A stretch of DNA of 64,000 nucleotides from Patescibacteria group bacterium UBA6164 (GTDB lineage Bacteria > Patescibacteriota > Gracilibacteria > BD1-5 > UBA6164): contig DIUG01000068.1 of NCBI GenBank assembly GCA_002422305.1, positions 2,811 to 66,810 on the forward strand, given 5' to 3'. The stretch's first letter is position 1. Each line of letters starts with the position of its first letter. This document shows, in pieces, positions 24,014-35,709 of this stretch. A program made the translations under genes and the position numbers. The notes under the pieces are model-generated. The model made no database searches, was not told the DNA's origin, and saw only the letters and a program-made list of their open reading frames with translations.

Positions 24014-25807
24014 ATGTTAATAACAAAATCCCTTTTTGTAGACTACAAAGAATTTCCAAAAGTAGCTTGGTGGAAACAAAATTCAATTGAAACTTACAAA
24101 AAAATTAAATGACTTGAAACGGAAGAACAAGAAATAGCTATTATGGAACTTGGTCAAAAAGTAGAAGATCTGGTTTGAGAATATTTCTTAAAAGTTGAAT
24201 GAATTGAAAAACTTGATGTTTTTTGAGATAATACTGCTTTTGATAATCAAAATGAAGATGATATTGATATGATTATTATAGAGGAGTCATACAAAGAAAA
24301 AAGAGAAAGAAATTTAAAACAAACTATTGAAGCTATAAAAAGAAAAGAACCTCTTATTTATCAACCATGATTTTTAATAGATAATCTTTTTGTGAGATGA
24401 GATTATTTAAAGTTAAATGAAAATTGAAATTATGATTTATATGAAGTAAAAGCAAAAACTTGAGTAAGAAAAGATAAAACTCATGAAAAAATAAAATACA
24501 AAAAAATATGGGAACTTGAAAATAAATTTGTATATGATATTTCTTTTCAAAAATATGTTATCAATAAAGTCCTAAATAGTGAGTGATTATGACAAATAGA
24601 GAATTTTTATTATGTTTACCTTAATTCAGAATATAAAAAAGATTGAGAAATAAATTTAAGAAAAATAATTACAGTGGATCAAGTAGATATTCAAAAAACT
24701 ATTACCTTAGAATGAGAAAAAACAACTAAAGATTTTATAAGAAATGATTCATTACTTACTCCTTTAGTTATAGAATGAACTATACAAAAAATGAGAGAAG
24801 AATTAAATTTTATTGAAGTAGAATTCAATAAAATTCATCCTTTTTCTTGAAGTAAATCTATAGAATATTTTGGAAAAGATAGAGAATTTTGAACTATTTA
24901 TTGAAAATGACTTAATCATTGTAATAAAGCCGTAAAAGAGCTACATTATTCATGAAAAAGTATACTTGATGATTTAAGTGAAAATGAACAAATATTATTC
25001 AATAAAACTGATTGAAGTATTTGAGATGCAAGACAATATATTATTAACTATTTAGAAGCAAAAAACATTTGAGAAGATTTTATAGATAAAGAAAGTATAA
25101 AACTTGAACTTGATGATTTAAAATATCCAATTTGTTTTTATGATTATGAAAGTTGTAGTGTACCAATTCCATTTTTAGATAATACTTCTCCTTATCAACA
25201 TGCTGTTGTTCAATATAGTATGCACAAAGTTTATGAGGATTGAACTATAAAACATTTTGGTTGAGTTTTAGTTGGAACTTGAGAAAAAGAAGTAAAACAA
25301 ATAGTAATAAAAAATAATAAAAATAAAGTTGATTTTGAAAGTGAGAAAGTAATAACTTGATGATACAAGGATTTATTAGATGAATTTATAGCTGATATAT
25401 GAGAGGATTTAGATAAAACTTTTATAGTTTGGTATAAACCTTTTGAAAATACAAGAAATAAAGAAATTGCTGAAACTTTTCCAGAACTAAAAGAGGCATT
25501 TGAAATGATAAATGAAAATACTTATGATCTGATGGACATATTTTCAAAATGATATTATTATTCCTTAAGATTTGAGTGATCTAATTCAATAAAATATGTA
25601 TTACCAGCTCTTGTTTCAGAAATGACATACAAAGACATGGAAGTCCCAAATTGACTTGTTGCAATGCAAACCTTAAATCAAATAATTGAGTGAAAAATTA
25701 CTTGAGATGAAAAAGAAAAACAAATAAGAAATTTGCTATTATATTGTGGGCAAGATAGTTTGGCTATGTATAGAATTTATGAGAGGATAGTCGAAAGCAT
25801 TAAATAA
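24014..25807 (+). CDS. DUF2779-family protein (RecB-like/exonuclease-like), 597 aa
   Basis: N-terminal LITKSLFVDY and the central block FYDYESCSVPIPFLDNTSPYQHAVVQYSMH resemble the DUF2779 signature. Confidence 0.55.
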
Positions 25808-25826
25808 AATAAGTTTTAAATTAAAA

Positions 25827-25863
25827 AAGATTTTCTAAAAATATTTTTAGAAAATCTTTTTTT
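25827..25863 (+). terminator. rho-independent terminator
   Basis: 15-bp stem aagattttctaaaaa/tttttagaaaatctt followed by a T-run. Confidence 0.75.
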
Positions 25864-25981
25864 GATTCTTCCAATCAGCACATTTTTTACAATAGCCCAG
25901 TCAATTTTTAAAATCAACCCTGACAAACAGAAAAAACCGAATAAAATCACAAAACTATTTTATTTCTTTAATATAATATAT

Positions 25982-27232
25982 ATGACTCAAGAAAGCCAAG
26001 AAATAAAATGAGAAGAAAATATTTTCTCTGTTCCTGAAATCTACAAACAAGATTATAGAAATATGAATTATGAGGATGTACAAAAAATGTTTAAGAATAA
26101 TGAAGAAAGGAAAAATAAAAATGATGAAATACCTTGATTTGATGATGATAATACAGAAAAAATGGAAAAAGAAAATAATTCAAAAACTTTAAAAGAAAGT
26201 GTATCTAATTTTAAAAAAAATACTATGAAACAAGAAGATGATAAGCTCTATAGTTTTAATATTGATAAAATTATGGAATTAGAAAAATATTTAAAATCAA
26301 AAATATTTGGGCAAGATAATGTAATTGATCAAATCATTGATAATATGTTAATGTATACATATAGAACAAAAAATAATGAAATCAATGCCTGAATCTATCT
26401 ACAATTTGGAATCTCATGAAGTTGAAAAAATTATATATGGGAACTTATTGCAGAAAAATTATGATTTGAACTAGAAATTATAGATATATCGTCTTTACAC
26501 TTTGTTGAGGCATGAAGTTTACTCTGAGTTACATCATGATATGGTAATTGAGATGAATCAATATTACAAAATATCTATGAAAGATCTAGCAATAATAATG
26601 GTAAAGTTATTCTTATATTTGATGAATTTGATAAATGACAAGTAACTGAAAACTGAAGTTGTGCTAAGTTTTTAAGCAGTATAATGAGTATTTTATGAAA
26701 TAAAAAAGTAAGAACAAAAGACACGAATACAGAAATTATTTTATCTAATTTTATATTTGTATTTAATTCAAACTATTGATTTGATAATTTTAAAATCGAT
26801 GAAAAAGTAGCTAAAATATGATTTGATATTGATGAAAAAAATAAACAACCATATCAAAATGATAATGAAAATCATCTTACTAAAAAGGATATAGAAAAGT
26901 ATTTTAAAAAAGATTTAAAGGTTCAAGTGAGTGTTTATAATAGGCTAAAAAAGACAAATAATATTATTATATTTAATCAAATAAACAATCAAATTTTAGA
27001 GAATTATAAAAATGAAAAATATGAAGAATTAAAAGAAGAAATATCACATTATTTATGAGTAAAAAAGCATAAAATACCAAAAATAAATTATTTTCATAAT
27101 AAATTTCAAAACTTTGAAATAAATTGATGATTTAGACTCTTAAACTATATTATATTTGAGGAAATAAAATTATTTTTAATTAAGAAATTTGGTTTAAAGA
27201 AAAATATAAAAGGCTTAAAAATAAATGTTTAA
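25982..27232 (+). CDS. Clp/Hsp100 D2-like AAA+ ATPase with acidic N-terminal extension (416 aa)
   Basis: IFGQDNVIDQIIDNM (like the ClpB GQ..A motif), Walker A GISGSGKN, Walker B VILIFDEFDKG. Contains track ORF 26162..26392. Confidence 0.6.
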
Positions 27233-27235
27233 AAA

Positions 27236-27270
27236 ATAGGAATTAAAATTAAATTTAATTCCTATTTTTT
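27236..27270 (+). terminator. rho-independent terminator
   Basis: Stem ataggaattaaa/tttaattcctat followed by a T-run. Confidence 0.7.
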
Positions 27271-27498
27271 CTATATGTGTTGTTGATTTTTGAAGTATTA
27301 AAAACATCTTATCACAATCAATAATTTATATTTCAAAAAATTTTTTCATTTTTAAAAAAAATACTTAAAGATAAATTCAACTTTTCACAAAATATCCGCA
27401 AAAATAAAAGAAAAAATCAAAAAAAAAACAAAAAATCATATATATAATATTAATGTAATTTTATTACAATATTTTAATTTAATAATTTTTTTATAAAA

Positions 27499-27828
27499 AT
27501 GAAAAAAGTAATATGAAACAGATTATATGATACAGATAAATCTGAAATGATTTGAGAATGTAAATTTAATGAAGATTTAAGAAATTCTTTTTATGAGGTT
27601 TTATTTAAATCTCCATGAGGACAATATTTTATTTATGGTCAAGGTTTAAGTTTTATTTTCTACAATGATCTTTGAAAATTTGGGAAGTATTGAGTTAATA
27701 CTTATGATATTGTGCTTGTTACACCTGGGATTATAAATAAATGGTTAGAGGTTAGAGCTCAATTTTTTAATCATTGAGAAGTGGAAAAAATTCTAAAAAA
27801 AATAACTTATAAAATAACCGAAGGATAA
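27499..27828 (+). CDS. small hypothetical protein (109 aa), paralog of the next gene
   Basis: MKKVIGNRLYDTDKSEMIG...GGQYFIY. Shares YDT..K.IG and GQYFIY with 27831..28151. Confidence 0.5.
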
Positions 27829-27830
27829 TT

Positions 27831-28151
27831 ATGAAAAAAACAATAAAATATAAAAATTATGACACTAGTACTGCAAAACTTATTTGAAAAATGACTAAAT
27901 TTTCACCTAGAAAAGCAATGAATTTTAATAAGTTTCTTTATAAAACTAAGAAATGACAATATTTTATTTACCAATTTCATGAGGACACAATGAGATGGAG
28001 GAAGTTTTGATTTAAGAAAATTTTTGAGCAATTTTATCTTGTTGAATCTGATGATATTGTTAAATGGCTGGAAGATGATTTTAAAGACTTTAAAAAAGAA
28101 GAATATGACAAAATAGTTGAGGAAGTTAAAGGAGTGTTGGCAATAGGATAA
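27831..28151 (+). CDS. small hypothetical protein (106 aa), paralog of the previous gene
   Basis: MKKTIKYKNYDTSTAKLIG...KGQYFIY. Starts 3 nt after the previous stop. Confidence 0.5.
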
Positions 28152-28153
28152 GA

Positions 28154-28186
28154 AAAAAGTATAGTTTTGAAACTATACTTTTTTTG
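28154..28186. terminator. bidirectional terminator between convergent genes
   Basis: Stem agtatagtt/aactatact flanked by an A-run and a T-run. Confidence 0.65.
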
Positions 28187-30368
28187 ATTTTTTAAAATAT
28201 AAATAAGTTCACAGTGCTGTTAATATCCAAAAAATCAAAAATCAAACAAGTATTAAAATATTACCATCAAAATCTAAAACTTTTTGTAAATCTCACTCTG
28301 GATTTAGGATTGTATGAATTAAAAATAAAAATACTATAAAGGTAAAAAGAAACCATTTTATCCTTAACTTTTTTTCATTAAATATATAAACTCACCATAA
28401 TAATCAAAAAGGAAGTAATGCAAAAAATACATCATTCACTATTCAAAAATATGCTATTATAAAAAATTTATAAAAAAATGATTCAGGAGAAAAAAGTAAA
28501 GTCAAAAACCAAAAACTAAGTCAAACTAAAAAAGTAATAAACAAAACTTTAAATACCAATTCTCAAGATAATATTTTTTTTTCAATTTTATCATTTTTAG
28601 GTTTGATTCTTAAAACATTTCAAAATAACATATTTGGTTCCAGTCAAACACTTCTTCCACTTGAAGCGACTATAGTTGCTAATAAAAATCAAATAGGAAT
28701 ATTTTCTATTTTTATATTTTCTTTTTCTTTTGATTTGTTTAAAAAGTATAAAACAAAATCTTTAAAAAATGTTATGAGTCATAAGATAAATATCATAATG
28801 ATTATAGTTAATAATCATTTAACTGATAATATATCAAAATCATCAACAGTTATTTGTCATATAATTCACAAGAATAACAATCATAATATTATCCATATTT
28901 TATGTTCATTTTTATGTAAAAAAGAAGAAATTTTATCATCTATTTCAAGTAATTTTTTATATTTTCTTTTTTCTAATAATTTTCTTAAAAAATGATTTAT
29001 TTTTAAAAAAGGTGTTTTAAGGATCAAAGTAGTGAAATCACTTAACTTTTTATTTATATTATTTTTTGTTGCTACTTTTTCAAAGTATGAGTTAAAGAAT
29101 TGAGCAGTAAAATAAAAAGTAATAAGGTATAATAAAGCAAGTATTATATTAAATCAAATCATAAAAGGATTTGTATTTATGTCTTTTGGAGATGCTATTT
29201 TTGATGCGAGTGGAAGGATATCATTTTTTGTAGGAATATAAGGAAAATAATAACCATCTTCATTAATCCCAATATTAAAAATATTAGATAAAATATTTTT
29301 ATTATTTATTAATCATTGATCATAAACATATTCAATTAATTTAGATATATTAAATAATATCTTATTTCATGAAATAATTTGAAAATTATTAAAATTTATA
29401 TCTATACTTACTCAATTCTCATTTTCACATTTACCTGTATCATTAAAATCATGACAAGAAAAGTTATCAAGAGATATAAAATTATTTCCAAATTCTTGAG
29501 TTTCTCAAATATAAAATAATTCATCTTTTTGATTTAAATATAAATTTCATTTATTAATATTAAGAGGAATTGAATTACTAGCATTTCTTAAAATAAGACT
29601 ATAAAATATATTATCTGTTATATAGTCATATAAATCATTTTTATTATTTTTAATATGAAATACATATCTATTTTTTTCTTTATCAAGATATTTATTATAA
29701 AGACTCATATAATCATGACCTTCATAATGAAGAAAATTAATAAAATCATTTAAAAAATATTCATTATTATATTGATTAATATCAACTTTATTCCAAATTT
29801 CTCAAAAACTTTTATAATCTTTTTTAATTAATGAAACTAAAATTTCTTTTTTTTCTTCATTATTTGTTTGAAACCCAAAATGAGTATTAATTAAATATGT
29901 TAAAGTTTCACTTATACTACAATCAAAAATAATAGTATTTCATATAATTTTAGTTAAAGTATCATTACTACAAAAACTTTGCCAATTATCTCAATTTGAA
30001 TCTATTTTTAAATATTCATCAAAATTATCCAAATGATATTGTAAATATTTATCTACAATATCTCATTTATAGAATATAATATTTACTTTATCTCAAACAT
30101 ATTTTATTTCTGTTTTAATTTCTCAAACATTTTCCCAGAAAAGTATATTTTTTCATCCATATGCTTTTACTAAAATTTCATAATAGTTTTTATCATATTC
30201 AACTAATAATTTTCATTTTTCTACAAACTCAAATTTGGTAAAAGCATTAATATATGGGCTTTCAGGGGCATATAATCTATATTCTTCATCATTTATTATT
30301 TGAGTATCTCAATAAGAAAATGAAAAAAATCAAAAAAACAAAACAAAAAATAGCAATAATTTTCTCAT
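28173..30368 (-). CDS. large membrane protein: signal peptide, ~440-aa extracytoplasmic domain, C-terminal multi-TM region (731 aa)
   Basis: Every 60-nt line was reverse-complemented and read in frame from ATG at 30368 to TAG 28173-28175 with no TAA/TAG. N-terminus MRKLLLFFVLFFGFFSFSYG. Confidence 0.7.
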
Positions 30369-30390
30369 AAAAAGAAATAAAAAAATAAAA

Positions 30391-31071
30391 TTATTTAAAC
30401 TTTTTTAACACAATAGTCATACTTGAAAAAAATAAATAAAAAGTTTTCATCAAAATATAAAATGGCATTTTTATTATTTCTATAATAAAATCAACTGCTG
30501 AATATATTGTAAAAATAAAAAAAAATTTAATAACTTTTCATAGTTCTTTTATTGATGATATTCATTCATGTACTTCCTTTTTCTTTTTTCTTTTATATTG
30601 AAACATCTCTATATCAGAAAAAGCATCTTCATTTATTTTATCTCTTACAAGTTTTGAATAATATAAAAATCCATGATAAACTCATTCTCAAACTTCTTTT
30701 TTTACTCATTTAATAGAAATAAATAATTGTCTAAAACTATCATCTAAATAATTTAAAATATCTTTTTGTCATAATTTTCTTGATTCTCTATATGAATAAT
30801 AAAGATATATAGGAAATAAAAATCAAATAATATTAGCAACCATATCTCATAAACTTGCTTCTCAAAATCAAAGTAAATCTATAAATTCTTTAAATAATCA
30901 TATCATTATTGTATCTCTAAGAGCAAAAGCAAATGCATAAGATCAGTTTTGTTTATTCTGAATAAAATAATACCTAACAATAAAATCAAAAATCAATATA
31001 AATGCACTTACAATTATATGTTTTTGTTTATCATTTTGATAGAAAAAATCTATTATTAAAGAAAAATCCAT
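30391..31071 (-). CDS. multi-pass membrane protein (226 aa)
   Basis: ATG at 31071 to TAA 30391-30393. Hydrophobic segments throughout. Confidence 0.55.
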
Positions 31072-31099
31072 GTTTAATAAATTAGGAAATATTTATAGA

Positions 31100-31612
31100 T
31101 TATTTATTATTATTTTCAATATATTGAATTGTTTTTTTTGTACTTTTTATCTCTTTAATTATTTTATACAGCCTATAAGGTCATACAAATCCTCATATAA
31201 TACAAGAAAATGCTAACTTAATTACTTTTTTCATAATTAAAGAAATTATTGATTCATTTACTACTATTTCTATAGTATTAGGGTCTTTTAATGAGTTTAA
31301 AAAACTCCATCAAAATCAAACAAATATGGTAAAATAAGTGATAAAAAATATCTTTAAATATCATTCCATATTAAATGAAAAATTTCTTTCATTAGTAATT
31401 TGATAAACATAAAATAATGATACCAAACTTCATATTAAAAAATATTTTATTATATCTGTATAGTAATTCTTGATATCAAGATTTAATGCTTTTAAATTAC
31501 ATTTATCACATACAGGTATAGTAAATTGATTAAAACAATCTTTACATAATCACACAGAACAATATTTACAAGTTCAAATTGTGTCTTTATCTCCATGTTT
31601 ATAACATTTCAT
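31100..31612 (-). CDS. B-box-type zinc-finger membrane protein (170 aa)
   Basis: MKCYKHGDKDTIGTCKYCSVGLCKDCFNQFTIPVCDKCN followed by 3-4 TM segments. Confidence 0.6.
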
Positions 31613-31625
31613 AATAAAAAATAAT

Positions 31626-31820
31626 AAAAAAATAAGATAAGCAGATTTGCTTATCTCATAATTGTTTATAACAAAGTGGAGAAAGCAACCCTGCTTACCC
31701 AATCTTGAATGATTTTTAATAATTCGTAAAAAACTGGAAGGTTACTTTCTCCAGTTTAACTACGAAATTAAATACAATAAAAACCTGCCATTATTGGCAT
31801 CACAAGATGTGGTAAGCAAA
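31626..31820 (-). ncRNA. unclassified structured RNA (~190 nt), stand-alone sRNA or riboswitch-like leader of the membrane-protein operon
   Basis: Relatively GC-rich. Closing helix ugcuuacc..aucuug / caagau..gguaagca. Internal hairpins gcca-auaa-uggc and uucgua[cuggag...cuuccag]uacgaa. A 14-nt alternative pairing joins uggagaaaguaacc and gguugcuuucucca. G:U pairs occur only in minus-strand sense. A terminator hairpin plus U-run lies at 31626-31656. Confidence 0.65.
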
Positions 31821-31823
31821 AAG

Positions 31824-31851
31824 AATATACTTTTTTATTTTAAAAAGTCAA
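31824..31851 (-). promoter_or_regulatory. sigma70-like promoter for the structured RNA
   Basis: On the minus strand: TTGACT (31851-31846), a 16-nt spacer, TATATT (31829-31824). This places the start at the first base of the closing helix. Confidence 0.5.
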
Positions 31852-31960
31852 CAAAAACCACTTAAATAACTGCTTTAAAAGTAATTTTATACACATTTAT
31901 TTTGCATTTTAAAAAAATAAATGCTACAATATACACATATAAAAGTAATATATCTTTCTT

Positions 31961-33871
31961 ATGTGAATTGAAACTTCAACATATGATACTAATGAGACTC
32001 TGTCTACTCTAGAAACTCAAAATAATACTCCTCTATCAAATGAAGAAATAGAGGATATTTCTGTTTCAAGAATGTTATACAAAGAAAGACTTGCTTTAGT
32101 TGAACAAAGAGCAAAAGTAAAAGATGAAAATTATGACAGAGCACAAGATTTATTAAAAGATTATCCTCATCAAAACAATTTCATAAAATATAATGGACTT
32201 TTTTACAGAGATATAATAAGTGTTGATTTTTGAGAGTCAGGCAGACCTTTTGTAATTTATGTTCCAAAATTTTCAAGACAAGATTTAGAAGAATATATTA
32301 CTGATTTTGATAAAGAACAAGAAAACTTAAAAAGTATTGAAAGACTTTTAAGAGATAATCCAAATAATCAAACTTTTTATGAATTAGATGGAAAATATTA
32401 TACTTCAAATCCAAGTAGAGTTCCTTGAAATAATATAAATGCTATTTTAAGAGTCAAACAAGTTTCCAGAACTCACCTTGAAGCAAAAGTTGAAAGTATA
32501 GAAAAATGAAGTATTGAAAGTATTTCTCTGCAACTTGATAGAGCAATAGCAAATACAAATAATTGAAACATAAGAAATTATTTAATGGATTTAAGGATTT
32601 GAATCAGTTTAAATGGAAACAATGATTTAATACTTACTTTTTGAGAAAGAATTTGAAGTTTAATAAATCTACTAGAAAAGTCTGAAGTACAACCTCTTAG
32701 TATATCTGAAATATGAGAAATAATGTTACTTATTTTTAATATTCTAAGAAGTTGAGTAAGTGATTGAATTAGAATAATGATATCACTCATAAAAGATGTT
32801 AGTTCAAATAAACTTTATAAATTTTGAGAAGAAGATAGTGAATATGAAAAAATTATTAGAGAAAGTTTTGAAACTGGAAATATTTGAGTTGCTATTTCAT
32901 TTTTAGAAAAGATTTTTCCTACAAACTTTGTAGAGTGAGTAAGAGAATGATGAATTGATACTGCTTCACTTCCTCTTGCAATTTGAGCAGGGTGAATTGA
33001 TGGTTTTTTAGATTATATACAAGCAAGTGTTGATATAGTTGTTATTCCAGATACTATTATTCAAAATATATGACAACTTAGTGCTGAAATTTATAGAAAT
33101 GGAGGAGATTTAATAAATGAACTTGCTAAAAATTTTACAAAAGTAAGTGATTATATGTATGTTTTATCATATATAGTTGCTGTTGTATTATCATTTAAAG
33201 TTTTACCTTCAAAATTTTGAATTCTTGCTTTACCAAATGTAATTATGAGATGATTACAAGCAAGTTGAAAAATCCCTGCAAATATGCTTGGATGAGTAAA
33301 TAATTTTTTAACAAATAATATTCAAAAAATTGAAGTATTAGTAAATAACAATATAAAATGAGTTACTATTAGTAGTGAAAAAATATGAACTTGAATCAAT
33401 ACAGCTCTCAGATGAAGTCAAAAAGTGAGAGATAGTGTTGATGGAAGTAATACTTTAATAAATTCTATTTGAGTAAATGCTAGACAAGTAAGAGCATCAA
33501 GAGAAGCACTTTCTATAACGAATAATTCACTAAAACTTGCATCTATTTTTTGAGAAAGTGTTGTTTGAAGAACAAATGAAACACTCACAACAAAAAATGC
33601 TATGAGTGCTTATAAAGAAATGATTTTAAAGTTAAATGGATTTAATAATGATGATATAGATGCACTTATAACTGAAACTAAATGAGAAGTAAGGTATAAT
33701 CTCGTTTTAATAAGAGAAAGACTTATGGAAGTGGAAGAGGTTATTGAGAGTGAGGTTTTGCCTATATGGAATAGTCGTGATAAATTAACATTAAATCAAA
33801 AAATTACTATATTAAGCCAAATGCATAAATATAGTGATTTATGAAAATTAATAATAAAAATGTTAATTTAA
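31961..33871 (+). CDS. large hypothetical protein (636 aa) with central hydrophobic segments and a variable C-terminal tip
   Basis: ATG 31961 to TAA 33869-33871. The C-terminal 60 aa before the tip are duplicated at 34564-34746. Confidence 0.6.
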
Positions 33872-33887
33872 TAAATAAATAAAATTA

Positions 33888-34493
33888 TTAATCTCAAAAA
33901 ATTTTCATTAATCATAAAATGAATATTAAACTATTTACTGTGTATTCATTAAAACGAGGGTCTTTTATTCAAATTCTTTCGATTTCTTTAAAATATTCAC
34001 TTATTACAATAAATAAATTTCAATTTTTATCTCTATCATAATAAAATCAACTTCAAACTTTTTCTCAATTTTTTAATCTTTTTTCAGTGTATTGTCTATC
34101 AGTAAACAATTTTTTACTAAGAATATTTCAAAAATTATCAATATCATATCATTTTATATCAAATATTGTTCTTCATAAATCATCTACATAAGCTGATAAT
34201 TCTCAATTTGATATCCTAATAGAATATATATTAGTTCAAGTTATTTCATTTAAAATTTTTTTATGTTCATCTATATTTTTTCCTAACTGCATAAGTTTAA
34301 TAATAGCACTTTCAAAAAAACACTTTTGTTCAGGATACTTTTCAATAAGTTTTTGTCTCAATTTTTCTACTAAAATCTCTTCATTTAGTTTTTCTCTTTC
34401 TTCTCTACTCCAATTAAAAGTATCTGCTATTTCAGGAGTTTCTAGATTTTGTTTTATTTCACAAGTTTGTGATGAAGTTTCTAAATTTTTCAT
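33888..34493 (-). CDS. hypothetical protein (201 aa), conserved N-terminus / variable C-terminus, cassette partner A
   Basis: Extends track ORF 34236..34493 through TGA to TAA 33888-33890. Convergent with 31961..33871. Confidence 0.55.
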
Positions 34494-34542
34494 ATTTTTT
34501 ATTATTTTTAATAATATTTATGAAATTGTATCATATTTTTAT

Positions 34543-34896
34543 ATGTTTTGCAAAAATTATGCTACAAAAAATGCTATGAATGTTTATAGAGAAATGATTT
34601 TAAAATGAAATGGATTTAATAATGATGATATAGATGCACTTATAACTGAAACTAAATGAGAAGTAAGATATAATCTTGTTTTAATAAGAGAAAGACTTAT
34701 GGAAGTGGAGGAGGTTATTGAGAGTGAGGTTTTGCCTGTTTGGAATGAGAATGAAAAAATATTAAATGAATGATTATTAGAAGGAGATAGTATTATAATT
34801 TATAACAACTTTAAAGAAAATATTATAAAAGATATAACAAAATATGATGAATTATCACAAATAATTTTTAGACAATTTATTTTAAAGACCCTTTAG
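34543..34896 (+). CDS. orphan alternative 3' cassette of gene 31961..33871 (117 codons)
   Basis: MFCKNY-ATKNAMNVYREMILKGNGFNNDDIDALITETKGEVRYNLVLIRERLMEVEEVIESEVLPVWN is followed by a different tail. Ends at TAG 34894-34896. Confidence 0.45.
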
Positions 34897-35404
34897 GTAA
34901 ATAATATATATAGATATACATATTAAATCTTGTACTTCATTCAGGAAAAAAAGTATTATCTTTAGGATTAAATAAAACAAATTTTCAATCTTTTTTTATA
35001 ATATGTGAATTTCATATTCTTCTACTAAGTAAATTTGCAAAATCATTATCAAAATCAAAACTTGAAATATCAAATAATGTATTTCAATTTTGGTCTAAAT
35101 AAGATAGTAAATCTCAATTAGATGCAAATAATAAAAATATATTACTATTTGTTACTTTTTCTATTGCTTCTAATTGTCTTTCATAATTTCATCACAACTG
35201 CATAATTTTAATAACAGCACTTTCAAAAAAACATTTTTGTTCAGGATACTTTTCAATAAGTTTTTGTCTCAATTTTTCTACTAAAATCTCTTCATTTAGT
35301 TTTTCTCTTTCTTCTCTACTCCAATTAAAAGTATCTGCTATTTTAGGAGTTTCTTGATTTTGGTTTATTTCACAAGTTTGTGATGAAGTTTCTAAATTTC
35401 ACAT
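34877..35404 (-). CDS. hypothetical protein (175 aa), cassette partner B (paralog of 33888..34493)
   Basis: The N-terminal ~70 aa are nearly identical to partner A (..NLETSSQTCEI.QN.ETP.IADTFNWSREEREKLNEEILVEKLRQKLIEKYPEQKCFFESA) and the C-terminus is unrelated. Overlaps the orphan cassette 3' end by 20 nt. Confidence 0.5.
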
Positions 35405-35515
35405 ATTTTTTATTATTTTAATAATATTTACAAAATTGTATCATATTTTTATATGTTTTGCAAAAATTATAGATTTCATTTTTAACTGAAAATAGAAATA
35501 TAAACAGATAGTAAC

Positions 35516-35541
35516 AAAAAAAGGCATAAATGCCTTTTTTC
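35516..35541. terminator. bidirectional terminator
   Basis: aaaaa-aaggca-taaa-tgcctt-tttt. Confidence 0.65.
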
Positions 35542-35709
35542 TTAAATACCAAATTCATCATCTCACAAAAATCATTCTAATTTATTTTCAAAATTCATCA
35601 ATCATTTTTCACTTAACTCAATTTTCTTTAACTCTATATCTTTTTTTGATACTCATTTTTTAAATTCATTAGATTTCTCTAACTCTTTCTTAATTTTAAT
35701 ATTTTTCAT
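35542..35709 (-). CDS. small charged hypothetical protein (55 aa)
   Basis: ATG at 35709 to TAA 35542-35544. Weak support. Confidence 0.3.

Larger units (their letters stand above)
33590..35470. repeat. tandem ~0.95-kb duplication with conserved arms and divergent cores
   Basis: Arms 33590-33772 vs 34564-34746, and 34285-34560 vs 35206-35470, are near-identical. Cores 33773-34284 and 34747-35205 are unrelated at the DNA level. Confidence 0.8.

Noticed and set aside
28603-28995. Plus-strand track ORF (130 aa)
   Set aside because: It lies entirely antisense to the verified 731-codon minus-strand gene 28173..30368.
31626-31820. Structured RNA as SRP RNA, 6S RNA, RNase P RNA or a T-box
   Set aside because: It lacks the SRP domain IV consensus, the 6S central bubble architecture, RNase P conserved regions and a specifier/T-box sequence. 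Its location inside a mobile island also argues against a housekeeping RNA.
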